A stretch of 11,332 nucleotides of DNA. It comes from Candidatus Kuenenia sp. (GTDB lineage: Bacteria; Planctomycetota; Planctomycetia; Pirellulales; UBA1268). The first letter of the stretch is position 1. Each line of letters begins with the position of its first letter. This document shows positions 8,501-11,332 of the stretch, piece by piece. Position numbers and translations under genes: made by a program. The stretch spans positions 1 through 11,332 of the forward strand of contig JAYQOK010000126.1 in NCBI GenBank assembly GCA_038144795.1. Direction: 5' to 3'. The notes beneath the pieces are model-generated. The model had not been told where the DNA came from. It saw nothing but the letters and a program-made list of their open reading frames with translations, and did not search any database.

Positions 8501-9186
8501 TGTGTGCCCAGCACGGCGTTGATCCCGGCGTCGCCTTTGTCGAGGCATTGCAGCGGGAGCTGGGCGGAGATAACGGAGCAGTTTTGCACTATGCCCCGCA
8601 CGAGGTTTCCACGCTGCGGGCCCTCGCGGCCCAGATTCGTTCCCATCGCTCGGAGATCCCCAATGCGGATGAGTTGCTTTCGTTCATCGCCACGCTCGCC
8701 CCGTTTGGCGACGAGGTTGCGAATCGGCAGGTCATCGATCTCTGCAATCTGGTGAAGCGGTTCTACTACTCGCCGAGCATGCGGGGATCTAACTCGATCA
8801 AGGACGTCTTGCCGGCGGTACTCGACGAGTCGGAATTCCTGAAGCAAAAATACTCGCAGCCGATCTACGGCGCTGTGGGCGGGATTCCCAGCCGCAACTT
8901 CTCCGGCATGCGGTGGGTGGAGGAATACGACGGCCACATCCGCGATCCGTACTCCCTGCTGCCCCCGATCGACGGCGTTCATAATCCTACAGAAAAAGGC
9001 AATGGGCAGGTTCCCCGACTGCTCCGGAATGGCGGAGCCGCGATGCAGGCCTACGCCGATCTGCAGTTGGCCAGTTGGACTCCGCAGCAGCGGCAGGCCG
9101 TGGAACAGGCTCTGCTGCGATACTGCGAACTCGACACGCTTGCGATGGTCTTCATCGTCGAGGCGTGGCGGGAGTGGTGTCGGTAG
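5569..9186 (+). CDS. Large multidomain protein. Domains in order: N-terminal FHA-like domain, proline-rich linker, trypsin-like serine protease (S1/Trypsin_2 type), helical region, PD-(D/E)XK nuclease fold (DUF2779-like), and a C-terminal RNase-H/DnaQ-like region with a DFET motif.
   Basis: GTG start at 5569 (MADEEYVV...). The reading frame is open back to 5296 with no ATG/GTG/TTG, so the true start is uncertain. Residues 1-88: an FHA-like fold pattern (TLGRS...HSGGRAEVAVDGEPISGPCLVPLRFGQCLSIDSLVIHV) lacking a clear SR.H. Residues 100-185: a P/A-rich linker. Protease: LLVTNYHVIADD (His codon 6217..6219), EHDMAFLAVD (Asp codon 6328..6330), TLNPGNSGGPVL (Ser codon 6553..6555). Nuclease fold: RRYLTKSRFTMACTCPTKLFY...FIRADVLGKTPTGIDLYEVKSKGYSEDDDGDF (D...D/E-x-K arrangement, about 7250..7760). 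Later come CFTCEFD and GWKYPLHFIDFETCRAV (DFET, Asp codon 8374..8376), then LHYAPHEVSTL. Strong GC3 bias throughout. Stop TAG at 9184..9186. Confidence 0.85.
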   Translation: MADEEYVVRYRHATLGRSAKDHAIAIPIPDHLKGDLRLIYAGRMFWLHSGGRAEVAVDGEPISGPCLVPLRFGQCLSIDSLVIHVARMAQCQLDENPILKAPPVRRPVVPAPLTPSAAIPPPLPPAIAIKAGHSEPPPLPPVTPLRSGGPPPSDLAPVAASSGGAQAAAADSMAVAPPSSSIDPVRDALASVALITCRVGHGSAFIAKPGLLVTNYHVIADDAVEDLAALFIDPVTHARREFCVSLLGEDPEHDMAFLAVDADLPPLGISSHFQHQNGHRIVVIGSPGVGGNGERLENVVTDGRLGPVYSDFASPSRWSLSITLNPGNSGGPVLDAQTGEVLGVTVAKFTTVEGLALAVPHDVLTKGLEQAATASGDEIGRAESAHRQRYCLRKISAFVASANVALHEFAEHCDQIEYGMTTVSGNSLIGNVGSGFANNVVAALNNLAEEVAGQINRLQDDRWCRTVIRDDFAQAWASLDDLRYALADVAPSRSRALVLESLGATLAAVEELCESIRIEIDGSLLSGKTVFDAATESSAGHSLALQQIAMGGHVARKKPKRRYLTKSRFTMACTCPTKLFYTAKPGEYASVWTTDPLMESLANEGNRVGALARLYFPEGVLVDTLEHDEAVRQTGALLEQPQATIFEAAIRHGDLFIRADVLGKTPTGIDLYEVKSKGYSEDDDGDFTTKFGVAADWLRYIRDIAFQKHVVSQAFPGVSVRAHLYLPDKFRAAVSDDLAMKAAALLNGEEASLTAEELASPLLRAINVDAVCDLVLNDSYTLGDKTLSFVEYVAALADHYCQDQKFPPQLSPTCFTCEFDASAFALATGEKSGKRECWASLLGWTDRDFATPQVFEIGNLPAAKKRSLLEERRLHMHQLEEADIAPQADGEPGLSQSQRQWMQVTKAVGGDTSSHLDRNNLRAVMVGWKYPLHFIDFETCRAVIPFHRGSRSRELVAFQFSHHVMHADGAVEHAGEFLCAQHGVDPGVAFVEALQRELGGDNGAVLHYAPHEVSTLRALAAQIRSHRSEIPNADELLSFIATLAPFGDEVANRQVIDLCNLVKRFYYSPSMRGSNSIKDVLPAVLDESEFLKQKYSQPIYGAVGGIPSRNFSGMRWVEEYDGHIRDPYSLLPPIDGVHNPTEKGNGQVPRLLRNGGAAMQAYADLQLASWTPQQRQAVEQALLRYCELDTLAMVFIVEAWREWCR

Positions 9187-9217
9187 TCGGCTGCCTGCCG
9201 CTCTCGTGACGGGTGGC

Positions 9218-9289
9218 AAAAAACCGCCCGGAGCGGTCGGCCGGCATGCTCGCCGTCTACTGGCACCGGGCGGTTTTAGAGATGTTTTT
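9218..9289. terminator. Bidirectional intrinsic terminator between the convergent plus operon and the minus-strand DGR transcript.
   Basis: A perfect 12-bp stem, aaaaccgcccgg (9220..9231) / ccgggcggtttt (9266..9277), encloses a 34-nt loop that has its own 4-bp inner pairing. It is followed by ttttagagatgtttttt on the plus strand and preceded by aaaaaa at 9218..9223, which reads TTTTTT after the stem on the minus strand. It sits 32 nt after the plus-strand stop and about 100 nt downstream of the minus-strand TR. Confidence 0.55.
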
Positions 9290-9375
9290 TCCACCAGGGC
9301 TTTCACTGGCCGCGGCAGACGGGACGGCGATCTGTTCCGTCTGGACTCCGGGGATACTTCCCGGCAAGGCGGAAT

Positions 9376-9503
9376 TCAGGGCAAGGCGGAAGCCCAGGTT
9401 GTTGTTGCGGTTCGACGGGTCGTTCCTGTTGCGGTTCGCCGACCGGCAGTTCCTGGCGGTGTTGTTCCAGCTGCCGCCCCGGTTGACCCGGTCGGAGGCT
9501 CAT
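9376..9503 (-). repeat. DGR template repeat (TR), minus strand. The 5' boundary is at about 9500 or beyond; homology may continue into the RT 3' end.
   Basis: Read on the minus strand, 9376..9500 translates to GGSWNNTARNCRSANRNRNDPSNRNNNLGFRLAL, with nine AAC codons. It aligns base for base with 11205..11332 (offset 1829). About 25 of about 30 differences are at TR adenines (plus-strand T), and five TR adenines are unchanged. The 23 nt at the 3' end, minus-strand cctgggcttccgccttgccctga, are identical in both copies. Confidence 0.85.
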
Positions 9504-10510
9504 GGATCGCCCACCGGCAGGGATTTAATCACAGCATCGCGGTAGCGCCAACTCCGTGTATCGGCGCCCCGGGCAAACGCGGTCACCGCCTCAAGTCGGG
9601 TCTGCAATCCCCGCTCATCGAGCAGGCCGAGCCGATAAGCCTTGCAGAGGGTGCGGACCCGGCGAAGGTATCGCCGTCGACTGCGTTTCGAGAGAAGCGT
9701 GTGGGTCGGCAGGATCCTACAGCCGAGAAAATCAACGCCTCGCAATGACTCGACGACGCCCGCGGGTTTGAACTCCAAGCCGAGGCTGTTCGCCAGAAAC
9801 TCCCGGCAGCAGGCCTCAGCGGCGACGAGTCTACTGCGATCATTACTCCAGAGCACCAGGTCATCCATATAGCGGACATAGCCCCGAATCCGAAGATGTT
9901 CTTTGACATACCGATCAAGGAATCCCAGATAAAAATTGGCAAAGTGCTGCGACATGAGGCTGCCGATTGGGAGACCGCGGCCGATGCCGCCGCGAAAGCC
10001 GGCTATGATCGCGGTAAAGAGTTTAAGGAGCCGGCGATCCTTGAAACGGGCTGCGAGCCTATCGCGCAGCTGGGCATGCGGTATCGAATCAAAGCACTTC
10101 CGCACATCGAGGTGCACCCTCCACGAGAATGTTCGCGCAAATCGTGCTGCCCTCACCACTGCCCGCTCCCGTCCCTTACCCGGTCGACAGGCAAAGGAAT
10201 CGGCTATGAGCCACCGCTCGAAGTGTGGTTCACAGACGTTGATAATTGCGTGATGGAGAACCCGCTCCGCGAACGCCGGGGCCGTGATAATCCTTCGCTT
10301 GGGGTCGTGAATCTCGAACTGGTGAAATTGACCCACCGGATACGTGCCGCCCCGCAGGCCAGCCGCCATCTCCCCCAGCCGATTGTCAAGGTCATCGGTG
10401 AAGGCGATCACCTCGCGGCGCTGCCGCTTCCCTCGTGCCGCGCGCCAGAACCCACGGCGGAGGTTTTCCATTTCGATAATCGCTTCAAACAGATTGCTCG
10501 CCCGCCGCAT
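9500..10510 (-). CDS. Diversity-generating-retroelement reverse transcriptase.
   Basis: The minus-strand ORF contains MRRASNLFEAIIEMENLRRGFWRAARGKRQRREV (N-terminus typical of DGR RTs), ...RGLPIGSLMSQHFANFYL (the DGR-diagnostic IGxxxSQ motif), and GYVRYMDDLVLWS (YMDD catalytic motif). Start chosen at ATG 10510 (complement of cat 10508..10510), giving 336 aa. The track's start at 10969 adds 153 low-complexity residues overlapping the upstream gene and is rejected. Stop TGA is the complement of 9500..9502. Confidence 0.9.
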   Translation of the reverse strand: MRRASNLFEAIIEMENLRRGFWRAARGKRQRREVIAFTDDLDNRLGEMAAGLRGGTYPVGQFHQFEIHDPKRRIITAPAFAERVLHHAIINVCEPHFERWLIADSFACRPGKGRERAVVRAARFARTFSWRVHLDVRKCFDSIPHAQLRDRLAARFKDRRLLKLFTAIIAGFRGGIGRGLPIGSLMSQHFANFYLGFLDRYVKEHLRIRGYVRYMDDLVLWSNDRSRLVAAEACCREFLANSLGLEFKPAGVVESLRGVDFLGCRILPTHTLLSKRSRRRYLRRVRTLCKAYRLGLLDERGLQTRLEAVTAFARGADTRSWRYRDAVIKSLPVGDP

Positions 10511-10988
10511 CGGTCGCCTCAGGAACCGCCACGTCAGGTAAGCTGGCCAGAATGCCGAGCAACTGGTCAGCGTATTTCTCGACTCGGGCATGCCCGACGC
10601 CATCGATTCGCCCGAGATCCGTGGCGGATCGGCACCGCTGCTGCACGGCCTGCGCCAGTTGCTCATTCGTAAACACGGCATACACCGGAACGGCCTCGCG
10701 CTGCGCGATTTCTTTTCGGAGCTCTCTGAGCCGCGAGAAAACCACAAACTCATCGGCCGACAGCACCTGCTTGTAGTCGATCCGACTGCGGCCAAGCGGC
10801 AGCCCGCGCCGACTGTCGCCAGCCCCGGACGGAAGATGATCGACACAGACCGCCCAGAAAGAATCGGAGCCCTGTTCGACAAAGCGCCGGTCGATTGCCA
10901 CGACTCGGAGGCTGCCGAGAAACGCGTTGATTTCAGACTCGATGGTCGCCGGATCAAGCACCGGAACAATAAAAAACTTTAGCGGCAT
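10485..10988 (-). CDS. DGR accessory protein with a C-terminal HRDC domain (HRDC-type accessory instead of Avd).
   Basis: Minus-strand ORF MPLKFFIVPVLDPATIESEINAFLGS...DEFVVFSRLRELRKEIAQREAVPVYAVFTNEQLAQAVQQRCRSATDLGRIDGVGHARVEKYADQLLGIL. The last about 70 residues fit the HRDC pattern (F..LR..R..LA....VP.Y.IF.D..L..MA...P.T..EL..I.GVG..K...YG). Start taken as ATG 10988 (complement of cat 10986..10988). The track's 11174 start adds an R/G-rich low-complexity stretch that overlaps the target-gene stop. The gene overlaps the RT start by 26 nt. Confidence 0.7.
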   Translation of the reverse strand: MPLKFFIVPVLDPATIESEINAFLGSLRVVAIDRRFVEQGSDSFWAVCVDHLPSGAGDSRRGLPLGRSRIDYKQVLSADEFVVFSRLRELRKEIAQREAVPVYAVFTNEQLAQAVQQRCRSATDLGRIDGVGHARVEKYADQLLGILASLPDVAVPEATDAAGEQSV

Positions 10989-11166
10989 GAGCACAGCACC
11001 GACAAAGGGCACGGCCAAACGGCTTTCGTGGTTACGATTTTTTCGATTGCGCGCTTCGCTGCGCTCAGCGCCGCGGCTGCCGCCGCATACGTCTTTCCCA
11101 TCTCCCGCTCCGCTTCGGCCCCTCCGGTCGCCGGCATCCGCCGGACTCCCTCCGAGCCTCGCTTTG

Positions 11167-11332
11167 CTACTCAACCGCCTCCGCCGGACTTGCTCCAGAC
11201 GGACTCAGGGCAAGGCGGAAGCCCAGGATGACGTCGCGGAACGACGGGACGCCCCAGTAGCGGTCCGCCGACCGGCAGAGCCCGGCGGCGGAGCGCCCGC
11301 TGCCGCCCCCGAAGACCCCGGCGGCGGCACCA
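11167..11332 (-). CDS. 3' end of the DGR target gene: C-terminal C-type-lectin / FGE-like fold carrying the variable repeat. Partial: most of the gene lies beyond the window end.
   Basis: Minus-strand frame: GAAAGVFGGGSGRSAAGLCRSADRYWGVPSFRDVILGFRLALSPSGASPAEAVE, stop TAG (complement of cta 11167..11169). The ...CRSA.RYW......R...LGFRLAL ending is the common CLec-fold DGR VR terminus. Each AAC codon of the TR is replaced by D, Y, G, F, V, I, L, S or R codons. Confidence 0.8.
   Translation of the reverse strand, partial: GAAAGVFGGGSGRSAAGLCRSADRYWGVPSFRDVILGFRLALSPSGASPAEAVE
11205..11332 (-). repeat. DGR variable repeat (VR), truncated by the window end.
   Basis: Position-by-position alignment to the TR at 9376..9503 shows adenine-specific differences, detailed in the TR entry. 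The invariant GC-rich 23-nt 3' block at 11205..11227 is a candidate IMH-like element. Confidence 0.8.

Larger units (their letters stand above)
9376..11332 (-). other. Complete DGR cassette in the order target(VR)-HRDC-RT-TR on the minus strand.
   Basis: Combination of the four elements above; the terminator at 9218..9289 follows the TR. Confidence 0.8.

Noticed and set aside
7177-9306. A 709-aa minus-strand ORF antisense to the large plus-strand gene.
   Set aside because: The product is R/G/P/L-rich with no recognisable motif. The plus strand carries an intact protease triad, nuclease motifs and strong GC3 bias. Long antisense ORFs are expected at this GC content. The same reasoning rejects 2294..3010, 2659..3213, 5011..5820, 5561..5875, 5685..6212, 5914..6327 and 6810..7289 on the minus strand.
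9002-9748. Plus-strand ORFs 9002..9748, 9213..9545 and 9896..10672 overlapping the terminator, TR and RT.
   Set aside because: They are antisense to the DGR RT and TR, which are supported by motifs and the TR/VR relationship. Their products are low-complexity.
10511-10969. N-terminal 153 residues of the track's 489-aa RT ORF.
   Set aside because: The extension is a C/S/R-rich low-complexity stretch overlapping the HRDC gene in another frame. DGR RTs begin with the ...NLFEAII.ENL...AARGKR segment, which starts at ATG 10510.
10989-11174. Upstream extension of the 229-aa minus ORF to 11174.
   Set aside because: The extension is R/G-rich junk (GGSPADAGDRRGRSGAGDG...) and overlaps the target-gene stop at 11167. 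The start at 10988 (MPLKFF...) is preferred.
11131-11190. Possible VR-proximal hairpin (ccggc-atcc-gccgg, 11131..11144) and an 11-nt direct repeat tccgccggact (11137..11147 and 11180..11190).
   Set aside because: The stem is only 5 bp and cannot be extended. An 11-mer recurrence in 65% GC sequence is weak evidence. I could not support a DGR cruciform element like the one in Bordetella phage.
1-11332. CRISPR arrays, tRNA/rRNA genes, transposases or integrases.
   Set aside because: No regularly spaced direct repeats, no tRNA-like cloverleaf candidates and no transposase or integrase motifs were seen. The only mobile-type element is the DGR.

Overview
The window is high-GC (about 65%) bacterial DNA whose gene content is typical of Planctomycetota; the lineage call is an inference. 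It contains three units.

1. **Kinase, 1..2095 on the minus strand.** A Hanks-type Ser/Thr kinase with a double zinc ribbon and a C-terminal FGE-sulfatase domain runs off the left edge of the window. The supplied ORF track does not list it, because no stop codon lies inside the window.

2. **Plus-strand three-gene operon, 2264..9186, divergent from the kinase.** It encodes:
- a soluble flotillin-like SPFH protein with a coiled coil and a C-terminal DUF4339/GYF-like domain;
- a protein with a C-terminal FHA domain;
- a 1205-aa protein fusing an FHA-like domain, a proline-rich linker, a trypsin-like serine protease with an intact H/D/S triad, a PD-(D/E)XK (DUF2779-like) nuclease fold and an RNase-H/DnaQ-like region with a DFET motif.

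The fusion protein, and this FHA/kinase neighbourhood as a possible phospho-regulated protease-nuclease effector system, is the strongest candidate for something previously undescribed.

3. **Diversity-generating retroelement, 9376..11332 on the minus strand.** Reading 5' to 3' on the minus strand it carries:
- the 3' end of a target gene with a variable repeat;
- an HRDC-domain accessory gene;
- a DGR-type reverse transcriptase with IGxxxSQ and YMDD motifs;
- a template repeat that begins directly after the reverse-transcriptase stop.

The template repeat has nine AAC codons, and nearly all template/variable differences fall at template adenines. A 12-bp-stem hairpin flanked by T-runs at 9218..9289 sits between the convergent units as a bidirectional terminator.

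No tRNA, rRNA, CRISPR array or transposase was seen. Many long ORFs in the six-frame track are GC-driven antisense artefacts.
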